A stretch of 64,000 bases of DNA, taken from the NCBI GenBank assembly GCA_903813345.2, contig CAIIXF020000001.1, positions 9,982,001 to 10,046,000 on the forward strand. The letters run 5' to 3'. A program made the translations under genes and the position numbers. Below are positions 13,521 to 28,900 of the stretch, one piece after another. The stretch's first letter is position 1; each line of letters begins with the position of its first letter. Source of the DNA: Owenia fusiformis. Taxonomy: Eukaryota. The notes under the pieces are model-generated. The model searched no databases. It saw only the letters and a program-made list of their open reading frames with translations, and was not told the origin of the DNA.

Positions 13521-13949
13521 GCTGATAAGTGGCAGGAAAGTACTTTTAATCTTGACTTCATAGCTCATCTGCAAGATGGAATCTAGCATATCTGAAAGCT
13601 ATATTCTTGTCATAAAACTCTCAAATACTATATTGAGAGAAAAATTGATGAAATTGGTCATTTTTATTTCTCAATTCCCTTAAGAAAGATGTCAAATAGA
13701 TGATTTAGAAATATGCCTTTGAAAATTGGTGTAGTGTATTAAGTTTTTGCTTGAAAAGACAGATACACTTACTGATGGCTTCAATATACCTCTCTTGAAA
13801 TAAGTTCATTGGGATAAAAATAAATCGTTACATTTTGGTCAGATATTGGAGAAAATCTGAGAGAAGTTTGAGGTTTCTATAACAACCAATGACATAAAAC
13901 CTCAAAATACAACAAAAAATAATTTGAAATTGACATACAAGAAAATGTT

Positions 13950-13955
13950 TTTATT
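13950..13955 (-). promoter_or_regulatory. Candidate stathmin polyadenylation signal (would imply a ~3-kb 3'UTR)
   Basis: AATAAA on the minus strand followed by U/GU-rich sequence, near the end of the unique sequence before the repeat array. Confidence 0.3.
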
Positions 13956-16911
13956 TCATCTGATATCCTTACAATAAAGCCAAGGTATAAAACCTTGTTT
14001 AGCAAACAACAATACTCAGGTTGTGGTTACAGTTGACCTAGAAATGTACAAAAGCTAAATATTTGAAAATTATTTGGCAGAATTTTAATGAGTTTTAAAA
14101 TTGTTGATCAAAAATGTGATTGAACCTACTTAATATGACTATATAAGATTTATATATTACACAAAAAGCATTCTTTCTTCAATCCTTTCATCTATTCATT
14201 ACATCAGTCATTTTATGTCATTCTTTCTTATTTTGGATGCAAACACAGACTATTGGTACTACTACAAAACAGGGCAATTTTGAAATACAAAATCTAATCC
14301 GATCTTAGTAGTAGTTAGCCGTTTTTTTAAAAGCAACAATCCTTGCAGAATTTGCATTTAAAAATGCCTGTTTCATGAATATGATAAATATTTGATATGT
14401 CATATGCAGAACATGAAAGGCATGAAGCTGCCTTAATGCTGGCCAAATATAAAGGCAAGATCATGTTTCATCAAAACTTATTTATATAATGTACAAACTA
14501 AATGTATAAACGATATACTTATAAACAAATTTACAAAAATATAAATTCTGGAGTGACATAGAGTACCTGCTAAAGAAAACTGTAAGAAAAAGTCCTTGTT
14601 TTCTATTGTTTGAGAATGTCTGACTAGTAGATCCTATTTCTGACAAAACATACCGACTTTGATCAAGTCTAGTGATGTCACAAAAATGTAAGCTCTATTT
14701 TGCTGCTATTAATCTTAAAATAATCCGATAATTAGAGTAAATCTTAAGACATTTATATTAGGTGTAGAAGCAGTTATCTCGTCTTGGGATTATCACTATG
14801 GTAATTTATTGGAAATACGAGTAAACACATGATATTGAACATGCAACTTTCTCCAAACTAGACATCCAGGAATGTGTACTCTTAACAAACTTTATATACC
14901 GGTATGTGAACTAAAAATGATATAAGTCAAGAGTAATTAAATACTATGTTTAGCATTATTTCATATTTGGAGATGGATTGGGCGACAGGCTTTTTTAATT
15001 TTTTGTTTGATCTCAAAATATTAGCTTTGTACAATAAAACACATATTTCTGTCAAAACAGATAGAAATATGCAATTTAGTAAAGCTGCAACTCATTTTGG
15101 TGTACTTTTAAAATAGATAGGAAGAAAATGCTAAACAAATCATCTAAATACCCTTGCCTTATATAATAATATAATATAATGTTATATAGTAAGGTTACAA
15201 AACGAGTTATCAAAGTAATAAATCTTGGCCTATATTTGGCTGTAAACAGAAAAAGCTGCTCTTTGAGTTTATAAAATATTTGGCAAATACGAAAGTGAGA
15301 TCCTTGAGAATTCAATTGTGACTTCTCTGTGTTTGAACCATTTTTAAAAAAGACGAGATCCAGAATGAGAAATGTTAAGTTTGCATTGGACAGCTTTGTC
15401 ATAACTCATAATATGCATAGAAATAATGTATTAAAATTCAACACAAAAACCAATCCAAATTGAAAATCTAACCAAATGGCCTATGTTCTATAGTGGTATT
15501 TACATACATATATAAACATTGATATACAGGGCTACAAAATGCCCAAGAATGTTGGTTTATACTCTATGTTTAGCATGCGCGTTTTGTACAATTGGTTTTA
15601 CATGGAATCACTGTTTATATGAAATCCTGCAAAGACCTATAAAACATTTCCAACCAGACATACCAATATTTCCTTCTAGAAATACCCAGGAAATATCCCT
15701 CTATTTATCCATCATACCTCTTTGCAAGATTTTCTCAAACACAAATATATAATTTCTAAATGTCACAAATATTATAAAACAGATGTTTACTGGACAAAGT
15801 CATACATGTACAAACCATATTTGAACACATTTACAAATTCTGTGAATCCCTTTGAGGGAGAGATCTTCGATTCTTCAAACTTGTCATGTGTATTAGTTCA
15901 CCAAATCACTTGTCCCACAGGGGTCAGTTTTTGAAACCGTCGCAACTTACAATTTGGTCACAAAGTTATATTAAAGTAAACAATAGTATTCCAAATAAAG
16001 TAAATTATGATTGTACTAAAAACGGACCCCAAGGTAGTTGGTTAAAAAGGTTTTACTTTGTATTCAATTCAATTTTTGTTGTGCACTCGAGGGAGCTTAT
16101 GTCAACTTTATACCCAGACGGATTACAGTAGACAGAATTAAATTCCCATTGTGGCAAATATCAAATAGTGTTCTACAAATTGAAGGAAAATAATGAATTA
16201 AATTAAACGCACATCTAGAAATGTTACAAATGAGTGTATGTATACATTACTATCACTAATGAGTTCAATTGTATTTTGTATGTTTTAAGACAAGTGATTT
16301 GGTTATTATGTAGATGAGTTCACCCTGAATGCCATGTTTCACAGGCATCAGTATCCCACTGTCTTCATTTGGAATATGTAAACACAGACAGGCATTCTCA
16401 CGACAATAACTGGGAAACGGCACACAGAAGTCCACATTCATAATACTATATATTCGGCTAGATGTTCACGCCACCAATTGGCTACGATCTGATGCATCCA
16501 GGGGGTGTGATCCACATGTTAATATGTATGCACCTATGTGTATGTCATGCATTCTTCCATAAAACATTCTAATATAGTTTCTTTTGATCCAGGTCAGTTC
16601 CATAGTTTTAACAGTTCCTTCATTCATGAGCTCTTGTAAATAAATGTTCTCACCACACCACAGCACGATATTCACATTTTTTAAGAAACAGCTAAAACTA
16701 TACAGTATTAAAACTGCAAAAAATTAGCAACTGTAATCATATATTCATGAACACAATTTATCTCAGCCTCTCCAAAAATGTCAATTCGTCCTCTGGACCT
16801 CTGCTTATGACCATCCTAATGTGTGTGGTGGTACATGTATTTTATACAATAGTCTAGGTTTGTGACGTGCCATATCAAGTAGCACCTCAGGGGATAGGTT
16901 GGGGTACCAGT

Positions 16912-19900
16912 CTAGTTTGTCTCCATGGGAGCGGGTACAGTTCCCTTCCTGGATTTGACCTCCATCACATGGCGCTCCTGAAAACAGTCATACATTCTTA
17001 GTAACACACTAAATATGAACTTTTATACATGTAGAACATAAGACAAAAGTCGTTAATGATGAAAACAAATAAGTGATAATGTTTTATTCCATAGAATGCT
17101 GCTTATTCTACCAAAGATAAACATGATAAAACAAGATTAAGTATATCAAGTCTGCCAGATTCAGCTATATTAATAATTATAAAATAACACGAATTGGTGA
17201 GTTTAGTCTTCGTTATAATACTGCCATTAGCAGTGCGATAGAAGATGCAGTCTTTTAATTAATTATTATAAACTGATGAATCACTGATTAGACCGATTAA
17301 TTGTATTTGTAGAGTAATTTATCGTTACACCTGTCTCACCATCCCACTCTTCCTCAAACATGAACGTAATCTGGTTGGGAAATAGATAGTGCCTGGAGGG
17401 AGGGGTGGCAGATCTTTGATGCAATTTATTCGCATTATTAATGAGATGTATGAATCATATGCAATTTTATAGACACTGTGGTTATCTATTCAGACAGTAA
17501 GATGCAACAGAGATAAAAATTCAATGAGACAACAATTGGATGCACAGGAATGATATCTATCTAACATATGCTGTAATGTTAATTTGCTTTGGATCTGATC
17601 TTAAAAGTCCATACTTATAGCTGTGAAATACAAGCTGAAGCTATTGATCTGGATGATCAATAGGAACAGTGTGTCATTCCAATAGTCATATTATGTTAAC
17701 GACACATGCCTCTCTTTACTAAAGAGTAGAAATCCTGATTGCCTTCGCTTTTAGCTTTCTCGCAATATTGTCACTTTTATGTGTTTTATGGTAGGTTCTT
17801 TCACAGTAAAGGGAAGAGCAATGCTAAATGATTATCATAAAAAATTGCAGTGAAGACAGAGGGGTGAGAATTTATTGATTACAGCTACAAGAGACAAGAC
17901 CTTCAGCATGTTTTATTCATTCTTTGAACACTACAAAAACATATTTAACACTGTGATTCACTGTTTAAGAAAATGTCAAATAACGACTGGGTTATCTATA
18001 TTTCTATTATAGGATTTGATCCTATGTTTTCAGATTGATGTACTTGAGGGTGTTTTGAATACAATTTGATTTTGAGTATTTGATATTTTTGAAACACTAC
18101 ACCTTCTCTGCTTCATAATTTCATTTTATATCATAGAAATAACACTGAGATAACTGCTCATTGTACCTGATATGACAGAATGTTAAAAGCTTTCTACCAT
18201 AAATTTGGCATAAAAAGAACCTTCCTTTCTACATAATGGTAAATCATGATAGAGATAGTTATGAAACAGAAATATAATTATAGGTCTTGTGAGACGCATA
18301 ACTATATAGACAGACTATTTTCCGAAGCTCTATCTCTGCAGATGCTCGGAAACAATGTAGTTTAAAAAGATATCACAGTTTGGAAAGTATCAATGAATCA
18401 GAATATTTTTTAATGAATACTCTGACCCTTATCAAGTCACTACATTCTTCAAGTACTTTTTTAGTATTTTTTCTGAAAGCGCCACTAAATAATTCAATGC
18501 ATTACTCATACTGTATTATGTAGCTGACATCTGTAGGAATCCCTTGCATATTGTTTTGAATGAAGAATCATACTTAAATATTCAAGACATTGTCTTCGCT
18601 AAAGATCCATCCATTTGGAATTCCTATTTCTATTTACACAGTGCCACAAATAAAATCAAATGCCATATACACAATATGCGGGCTATCATTATCTCATTAA
18701 TCGTAATAATTTATTATTTCAGATAAGAGTAAAGGTGATTCTTGTGGGATGTGTCACTTATAATTTACCTGCAATTTTCCTCTTATTCAACATTTTCCAT
18801 TAATCAGATCAAATTGAAATAATGAAGCTGCGGCATGACATAATATGATAATGAATGATATTCTTTCATATTCAGTCAATATCCATAGCATTGTCTGCCT
18901 GAAGTTCAATACAAGAGGTATGAATCACATGCCAGCCTGATATTCCAGACATTTATGCATTACGTGAATTCCTAGACGAAAATGTTCACAAATGTAAAAA
19001 TAAATATGGGATGAATGCCAATTTACATGTACTTAATACTCAACATGAAATATTGTGCATACTAAAACTTATCATTTTTTTTAATTATAGTATATTAGTA
19101 AATTCATTTTGATTTTTATAGCAGTGTAGGGATTGCTATTTTGCCTGTTTGTAGGGAAATCTTTTGGAAGAGTTATCCATAAGTTATTTTTAGGAGACAG
19201 TTCTCCTGCAATTCAGTCTTATCACTCTGCATAATAATCCCCAGAGGCAAGACAGAAGCCGAAGGGGATTATCACAAAAATAAATTTCACCCATTATAAA
19301 CTGATTCTCAGAATTTTTTTCAATTCACATTATACAAATATTAGTACACATTATCTTCTTAACGGGTGAGCTTACTTACAGAGGTAGATAGTAGAAATTA
19401 TGCACCTCCAAAGTCAACTGAATCTGTATCAAGTAAGAGTATTTAGATACTAATATAAGTGTTATTTGACAGATTTGGGATTTATGAATTCGACATGTTC
19501 TAAATTTTTCAGATGTTTCAATTTCATCTCAATTGTAGAATTTCAATATACTTGTGTTCTACAAATGCTCAAGCTCTTTCTGATTACTATAGACACAGCA
19601 TTTGAAAATGTTAACAGTAGGAACATGACAGTAAATTGCGAATTCTGATCTTTACATCTTGATGCAATCCCCATGGCAATTAATATAATACAATGAGCTT
19701 GCTTTATTACACAACAGTAAAAGACTAGGCTGAAGATCGGGAAGCAATACGGAATATTCCATCAGCATAATGTCCAACCTGACCCATCAATTTTATCCAA
19801 TTCATGTTAGGACTATGAATGTGAAAATAATTGCTGTATATATTATCCTGCATACAAATCCCATCATTAAAACCAGATGAGATACATCGTGGGTATTGTT

Positions 19901-22900
19901 TGTAATAAGTGTAAGTCGAGCATGTTTTATAGCAATTGACAAAGTGCCGGAGTTCATTTATCATCTATATAATTTGTGCTACATTGGGTAGTTCTAATGT
20001 ACCATTTAACAGAGTCTGAGATAAAAGATAAAGGGTGACTGGGGCAAGGTGACATGTTATTTATGTAACAGTTGCTAAGTAATACCAAATGCACACAGAA
20101 CCTTTGGACATTTTATGCCTGAATAGCATCCTTGATTGAAAACGGTTTGTTGCATTATCGATTTTATAAAGCTTTGAATAATCTTGTAGTAAAGCTTTGA
20201 ATAATCTTGTAGTAAAGCTTTGAATAAGCTTGTAGTAAAGCTTTGAATAATCTTGTAGACTGAACTCTAAATAAGTTAGCGTATCAGATGTTTGAAACTA
20301 TCAAGTAGATAATGAAACATTACCATGGCCGTCACTCAAGAACTTGGGTTTTAAATACTAGGGCTCTCGCTAGGCTTTGAGACTGTGGCGCAGCACCACA
20401 GTCTATTAAGCTACCACTACACCCTCTTGACTAACCATGATTGTTTCCACGTCTAAACTTGACTGAATACACAATAATAGCAAGTGAAAAGGATAAAATA
20501 TTACATAGATATGATTTATCAAGATTGAACGGTAATGCTGAAGATGTTTCCACAAGACCCTAAATATTTCCTGGTGAGAGCCCTGATACTGTTACTGAAA
20601 ATGAGTACACGTGGCATATAAATTACAATGAACTGTCTATGACATTTACAGGATAAATATCATAACGAATATTGATTGGCAAAAAACTAATAGAACTATG
20701 TTAAAGTACAAACGTATCATGAAAATAGATTCATGTAGAAAAAAGAGCAAATTTTCATTCTGGAGCCATGTCTAATATGATCATCAAAGCATATAATACA
20801 GATTCACTCAGACAAATTAATCCCAACCTACAAGCAATATACTTCAAAACTAATCGTGTAGAGAACACAGACTCAATTTAATAGTCGGTTTGATGTGTTG
20901 AATCATCAAACTCATATTTCAACTGATAAAGTCCTGTTTGAGGAATATGAAAACCATACAAAAAATATTGAAATGTGAAATTGTCTAACCTCACAATCTG
21001 GATTTGATTATGACATATAGAACAAAAGTTCATGCTAACTTACCTTAATATGCTTGTGAAAATATGTAAAAACTGCATTTACACCCTGGTTTTGTTTAAA
21101 TTAAACAACACATATGGTATACATGTACCAGTACTATAAAGCTTCAGTCACATTTGCTCTATGACGGGTGTACGGCGGGCGTAACTTAACAAAAAGCGAT
21201 ATAGAAAATCTACATCGTACTGCTTATCACTATATTTTATGCTGCATATTTCTCTCAATTTTTAGAAGTTACAGCCGCCATACGGTTGCCGTAGATCAAA
21301 TGTGACTGAGACATTACCTAACAAAGAAAATCTATGTACAGGTGTTGATGTTATAACTTACATGTTCTTTGAGTCTTTCCATCATAGCCTTGAGTTGTTC
21401 TTCCTTATTCTTAAGTGTAGTTTCCATGTCTCTGATGATCTTTTCTTCAGTGGCCTTGCTGAAGGCATCACTCTTAGCCTTGGCATCTTCAATATGTTTG
21501 GCCTATAGGATACACACATGGACATCAAAAATAAAAGAAAATAACTTAAAATTGGATTTAAGGTGCTGAGCAATTTTTGACATAATTTAAATGAAGAAAA
21601 TGTAGTATCGCTTCGTTAATGAGGTGAAGCATATGATGAAAGGAGGGAACATCAAAAGTTTCTGTTGAAGATATCTTTAAAAAATTTAACGAACTAATCC
21701 CAAAATAGCCCCCGAAGGGTGCTATAAAAAGACATTTTGCAATTTCGCTTAATATACAGAACAGGCACATTTTGAATCTCTGTCAAAAATTACACACACT
21801 TAAATCCCATGGAAGATGAAATGATCATGCACCAAAACAAAACAAAAATGAATGTTGGATTAAAATATAAACTGAATTATATACGACAATTACATAATGT
21901 CATGCATTATAATAATTATAATTAATATTTAAATAAAATGTTATAGTCGGCGACGTAATAAGACATACATGTAGTAATAATGATATTCAGCAAATCTGTT
22001 GCTAAGTTGGAGTAAGTATGCTAAACCATTAATGATATACTACTTTCCGCAAAATAATGAGAGTTCCGCAAACTATTAGAGAATGGCTTGAGAGAAATGA
22101 AAGGAAATAATGATGCTTTAGAAGTTGAATAATTTGCAATTCCCAAGTAACCCAAGAATCATTTTTCAATTATTGAGGCAGGATTTGATTTTAGAACATG
22201 ATAGAGAATACGACAACGGACAGTACTAACTGGGAACTTCATTGAATTATGTTGCTATAATTCAATTTAATTGTTGTCAAATCAGTCAATAATGCTCAAA
22301 TGGTCAACAATACTGAAATGCTCAAACAATGCTGTAAATGAATTGCCACAATATTCAAAAGTTTTTATAAAATCGGAACATGTTACATGTATATGATATT
22401 ATAATGGTTCTCAATAATAAAAGTGGATACAAAGAGTAGAATACTACACAATAAATTGATGTATTATACTGATTTATTTTAAAATGGCTCTTAAACGCAC
22501 AAGTTAATCGATGACTAGGTCTTAAATTGTACATTTCACAGATGTTTTACTTTCAGTTTGGTAATTTAGAAGCAATTTGTCTTCGAAGAAGGTTCTCAGT
22601 TTATCTTGATGCAATTAATTACAAGATACAGAGTAGCATGTTGCAATTGGCACACTTCTGCTGTAAAGACACAGAGTGGCTATTACAAAATTATAGTGGA
22701 ATTCTACATTTTGTACGAAGTGAATATGTATCCTTCGTGTTATCAGCAAACCAAAAACATACAGTTCATGAATTCTTAATGTTGCATTCAAAACTTTCCA
22801 TTTGGAACGAGTGTATCATTATCATTTTTAACATTTCTTGAATGGAATGCCTCAAGTGATTTATTCAAAAATAAGCAATGGTTACTCATGACCTTTTAGC

Positions 22901-25900
22901 ATATGGTACCACTCTTGTATTAGCTCAAGATAGTAACTCAATCCTTCCACAATTAGCACATGGTGCCCCAGTCCCATTTAAGCCACATACAAGATTGACC
23001 ATGATGACCACTCAAATCAATTTTATACAATAAAGAAGTACACAATTCATTTTGAATTTGATCTTGGTGAAACTGGTAGTTGTGTTCCAGACTGCATTCG
23101 GCACTTACATGTTCGCGGAGTCTTTCCACCATACCCTGGATCTGTTGGCATCTGTTTGCTTCAGCCGCCTTTAGTTTCTGGTCAATCTGATCCTCGAGCA
23201 GCTTCCTGTATCGCTCCACAGCTGCCTGGACTTCCTTTACACGTTGGTTCTACGATGAATCAGGGCACAAGTTACAACACAGAAAATGCATGCAACGTCG
23301 TAAAATTCATGAGATCATCTTAACGAATGACGAAAGGACAAAACATAATTCATCAACAGTTTTTAGCACAAACCCTTTTGCTAATGGGTTGTAGTGAAGT
23401 CACAATTAAGCAACCACTTCTACATATATCCAGTATTATCCCTAAGGAGGAACTAAATGTAAAAATAATATTCGCATGTTCTTTACCCAGTGGATTTCAG
23501 AGCCATTATGCTAAACTAAATGTCACAATAGAAAATAAGATCTCACAGGACTACCTCATTAGAACTCTATATCACGACCATAACATCAAATAAACATCAA
23601 ACTTTGACCGTGCAACAATTGCTCATGGACATGGCAATGTTCAAATCAAAGCAACATTAAAATGATCCCACAACACGCAATTATAAAATAAACTTTATGG
23701 AGACATCAAAAATGATTGAGTTTAAATTACTAAATAAAATATTTTATACAGAATAATTGCATGCAAAGGCAATAAAACTGATCAAGCTACTAATAAGAAA
23801 AAAAAAATAATACTAAGAACTGGTATACAAAATAATTCTGTATAAATACCTCTATGCTGGATTTATTACATTCAGGGACCTATATTTGAACTTACTTTGT
23901 GTGAATAATCAGATTTACCTTATTATATCCCAGAGCAGTAATCCATAAACTGTCCTTAAGCTAAATACTTTAATCTACTTACTGAATCAGGACCTCAATA
24001 CACAGTACTGTTGATCCAGTGCTTTCATTTTCTACATACTAGCAAATTCATATAAATTAAACACAATACTGTACTCTTGGTAATTTTCGTGTGCTACTAT
24101 ATTTAGCGCTTTTCGCGAGTTTTGAAAACTCGCGAAATATAATAGCCGCGAAATTCAAAAAGTTCTAATTTGCGAAATATAATAGTCGTGAAATTCTTGG
24201 GAATTTATTTCACTCAATGTTGATGATAGTTTCATCAAGTATTGGGCGATAAAAGGTTGGAAGGTTACTGTATTCTTACATTTGAATTCTGGAAGATCAT
24301 AACTGAATGGACATTCTCACAAAATTGCTCAAGATGAAGGGCAATCATGGCTGATATTGAAGTGGAAAGCGTGGTATAGCATGACAAACTAGGGATGTCA
24401 CGGAACAAAAATATTTCAGGACGGGAATTATCCATTTTGGGATGGGACATTCGGGACGGGACGGGACATTACCAATAAAATAGTTAAGAAGTTTAAAACA
24501 GTTTAAAACAAATTTTTGTAAAAATTGAAACACCTTTAATCGTAGATGTTTTTTAAATGTCATAGTATATCATCCCTGAGCTCAAGAGACCTTAAAGCAC
24601 TTCTGAGGCTGTGGTGATTACAGTTTTATATTGGTCAGCTGGGGCTAATGCTTCTTAATTAAACTCACAATATGAGCCTCAAGGTAGTCTCGCTGATGAA
24701 ATTAAGCAAGATAACAATACAGAACAGTACATGTCAATGATGCATGTTTTGCTTCAATGGCCTGTGTAATGGCTATAGATCAACAGCACAAGTAGTTCTT
24801 TTCCAACCATTGTAAAACTCCATCCTTTCTGGGTGATATCATAATGGCACAAATGTATGCTAATTATACCTCACAAATCAAATTCCACACATTTGCATAA
24901 AATGCATACTTACCAAGCAATAACAACGCAGCCTTTGTGCTAGATGTCAAATCCTTGGAAGCAATTTGTGATTTACATGCAGTTTAAAGAGAAATTAGTC
25001 ATAACTTACATGTTCATTCATTTTTTTCTGGAGGTTGGAAATCTGTGTTTCTCGCTTTTCTTCCATAGATGATAGACGTTTCACCATTTTTTCTTCAGAA
25101 GCTTTTTGGAACTCAGCTTCTTGCTCTAGCTTCTTTCTTAGGACTTCATCAGCTTTTTGTTTACTTTCTTGAAGTGCCTTCTGGCGCTGAGCCTCCAATT
25201 GCTAAAATTACAATATCATCCATGTGAAGGATTTTACATTCAATTCATAATGTATGATTGCAAGACTATTTTTACAACAAATATATGAAATATCTGTATT
25301 AGGTTGTCACATTGGACAAACAAGGCATTAACATGCAAAATGTCACCACCTGCTATTTATTACAGATCCCGAACTACTAACACTTGGATGCTAACCTCAC
25401 AAAAATTGGACACTATAACAATAGGTCAACGCTTCTGATGGTGACATAAAAATGAGGACAAGATATGTGTCTACCATATCTGTCAAATTTAGCTTTAGTG
25501 AACTGTATTACATATACATGTACAGTATAATTAAATAAAAATTCAGGTTGTTAAATATCACAAGCATGCCCCTCACCAATTTCCTCTCCTCAGCCTCAGC
25601 ATGTTTCCTCTCTATTTCTTCCTTGGTGATACCTGGCTTCTCTTTGGGGGGTGAGATAGGCCTGGGAGTATTCTCCGCAGAGGCTGGCTTCAGGATGACT
25701 TCATAGGACAAACCTCCAGTAGTTTCACGTGGACTTTCTGCAATAATTATTCACATTTCTTCACATCTTATTTTGGTTATAATTTATTGAATTATTCTCA
25801 TAGACTCGAATTAGTGCTGGTTAATAAAGCAATGTTAATAATTCTTAATCTACTTCAACTGTAAATTCTACCTAACTTTTAAATACCTAGACCATCTATT

Positions 25901-28900
25901 TTATTATTAGGACATGAGGTTAAAACATAAGAGGAAGAACAGAGATAAGATGCTTATGTATAATGTGCGGTAATAATAATATATGGTAAATATTGATATT
26001 AATATCAACCAAACATTTATAACATGAAAACACTGGCAAAGCTGAAAATAAATCAAAAATACTAGACTGTGTAAAAATGAAGATAATCATCTCAAAGTAA
26101 TCAAACACAAGGATGAATATTACAAAGCATAACATAAGATCTCTGACTAGACAGGATATATTCCTATTGAATATTGTGAGTCATACACTGTGCAGACAGA
26201 CAACTGAAAAGTGATCTGATTATACATTATAAGTAAGTAAGCCATGCACTTGAATGTAAATCACCTCTAGTAAGAACAACCTCTATCCCATGAGGGTACA
26301 TCAAATAAAGTTAGAATAGAATTTCTTCATAGTTCATTCAATAAGTTAAGGAAAAGTGTAACAGCACTAAGGTCCTGAAATTTTAATGATGTTGATTTTC
26401 TGTTTTTTACTGCACAGAGCTATTCCTTACCAAACATAATGAAACCAAGAACAGTTAGAATTCGCAGATTTAATTCAATTTCAGACCATATTTGGAAATA
26501 TTGACATATGTGAAGTGGAAATATGAAAATTAAACAGAATTTATTCACATACTTATTATATACCCTTTAAAAAGATGGAGTTGCTCTCAATTCGTTCTTC
26601 AAAATGTTATTTTTATTAAAATAACGCCCATTTAGATACTTGAGTACATGGGTCATATCCAAAGAACACAAAATAATACATTCTGAATAATATAGCAGAA
26701 TTTACCCATATTAATATAAGAGTTAGTTTCCATCAAGAGAAGGCCATCCCAAAAAGCTGCCATTTTATGATCTCCTAGGTTCTTAAAACATATTATGGAA
26801 TAATTTCTTTCCTTGTGAAGTTGAGATGAAATCAGGAAAAAATAAACTAACACAGCAGATTCTTGATGGGAAGGCAGCAAATAAAACATGAGAGGAGAAG
26901 ACGCGCTTGCAATACTAGAATTCACAATCCAAAAACATATATATGAAACACACATGTACAAAACCTACGGAAAACCTCCTGAGTTTTGTTGAAACCTCGT
27001 GGAGTTTTGGTAAGTTATTGATTGGGTACAGACCCGCATGTCTATTGAGATTTAGGGAAGAATTGCAAGGGTGTAAGTTACAATGATTAATGATTACAGT
27101 TAAAGGATTGATGACTGACAGTGGAGGAATTATCAAGATATCCTATAGATTAAAATCAGTCTCTGAAGCAAACATGCCATGCGAAAAGCTTGCAAATGAA
27201 AAAATACATATAACAGGACTCGGAACTGAACTTATGAACATATTGGTGAACCGACCATGTGTAACATTATGTAACAACATGACAGCTACTAATGCAGCCA
27301 GGCATGGTGAACTAATATCACATGGAGCATTGGTGATGTAAAACATAATAGGGTCGATGCCAAGCATAATGATGGTGATATTTCACTGTAAAAGAACACG
27401 GAAGTCAGCCTTGCCTAGAATTCTTATACCTTTCCAGACGATAACGGCATCAAAGAGTTGTAGTTGGGGGTGTATCTTGTCAGGCAGCTGTTTGGTAGGG
27501 CCTCTCAGACAGAGGTACACACTCAGCCAATTGCAAACTATGCACAAAATACAAGTGCTATGACAACCAACTGTTTGTAGAAAATGAACTTAAGAGAACC
27601 ATTTCAGTGTCTATTTATATGACCGTTCATCAGGCATGTATAAAATCTCTGCCCTCGTCTTCTTACTCTCTACATGTACTTCCAACAGAAGGGATAACAG
27701 GGATTTCATACATGACCACTTAACTAAGAATCATTGTTCTCGATCATGTTATAATCAGTAGTCTTGCACCAAGCCGCTTTACTACGCTCTTACTCCTTTT
27801 TTCGGACACAATGTTTAAACAGATACCGGGGAGGCATGAGGGCTTAGTACAAGACTATTTGATCTAAAACATTCGTCCTTTCATTAATGTATGTTATACT
27901 TTTTTTGTGGATCATGTCAGGGAATACATACTAACAGCTTTAGAAAAACAAGTGAAAGGTTAATTAGATACAGATCATTAATTCAACGTGTTCTTTTTTC
28001 CACTTTATCTGATTTAACTTGTTTGTCTATAGTCTCATAGCTCTTAATAAAATGAAACATCGTACATTTGGCCATGTAAGACTGATATATATTACTGAAA
28101 AAGCTCATTTGCACGATGCGATCTGAACTCAGTTTGCGATACATCAAGTACATTGTATGTTATTCTCATTAGGTGTCATGCAAGGAAAAACACATTTCTT
28201 GACCAATTAACAATCTTTTCTGAAAGAGTGGGAATCAGAGAGGAAATTGATTGGGAAGTAGCTGTGATTCATTGTAATTATGGAGAAAATAACTTTAAAG
28301 TAGCGGTCACACTAGCTTACGTATGGGCTTACAGTTCGCCACTGTATGAATAATTTTGGGCATTAATTTTTGAATTAATTGATCAATGTGGTGACATATT
28401 GTTATGGTCTCCGTTTTTTTCCTACGGCGGTTGGTGGTTGGTGGTTGGAGGTTGGAGGTTGGCGTCCGGCGTCTGTAACAATTTCTTACAACTTCCTGAA
28501 CTTAACAAATACTGTTTAGACTGACTTCAATTTTTTTCTAAATCATCTACATGTTCTCAGAAGTTCAAATCTGACTTTAGATTTGACATTTGACCTTCAA
28601 TGACCTTCTCAAGGTCAAAAAGGTCTTTTTTCAACTTGCTTCACATTGACTAAATGTTTTTTCAAAATCATCTACATGTTCTCAGAAATTCAAATCTGAC
28701 TTTAGATTTGACTTTAGATTTGACATTTGACCTTCAAATCTGACTTTAGATTTGACATTTGACCTTCAATGACCTTCTCAAGGTCAAAAAAGGTCAAAAA
28801 GGTCTGTTTTCAACTTGCTTCAAATTGACTAAATTTTTTTTTCAAAATCATCTACGTGTTCTCAGAAATTCAAATCTGACTTAAGATTTGACATTTGACC

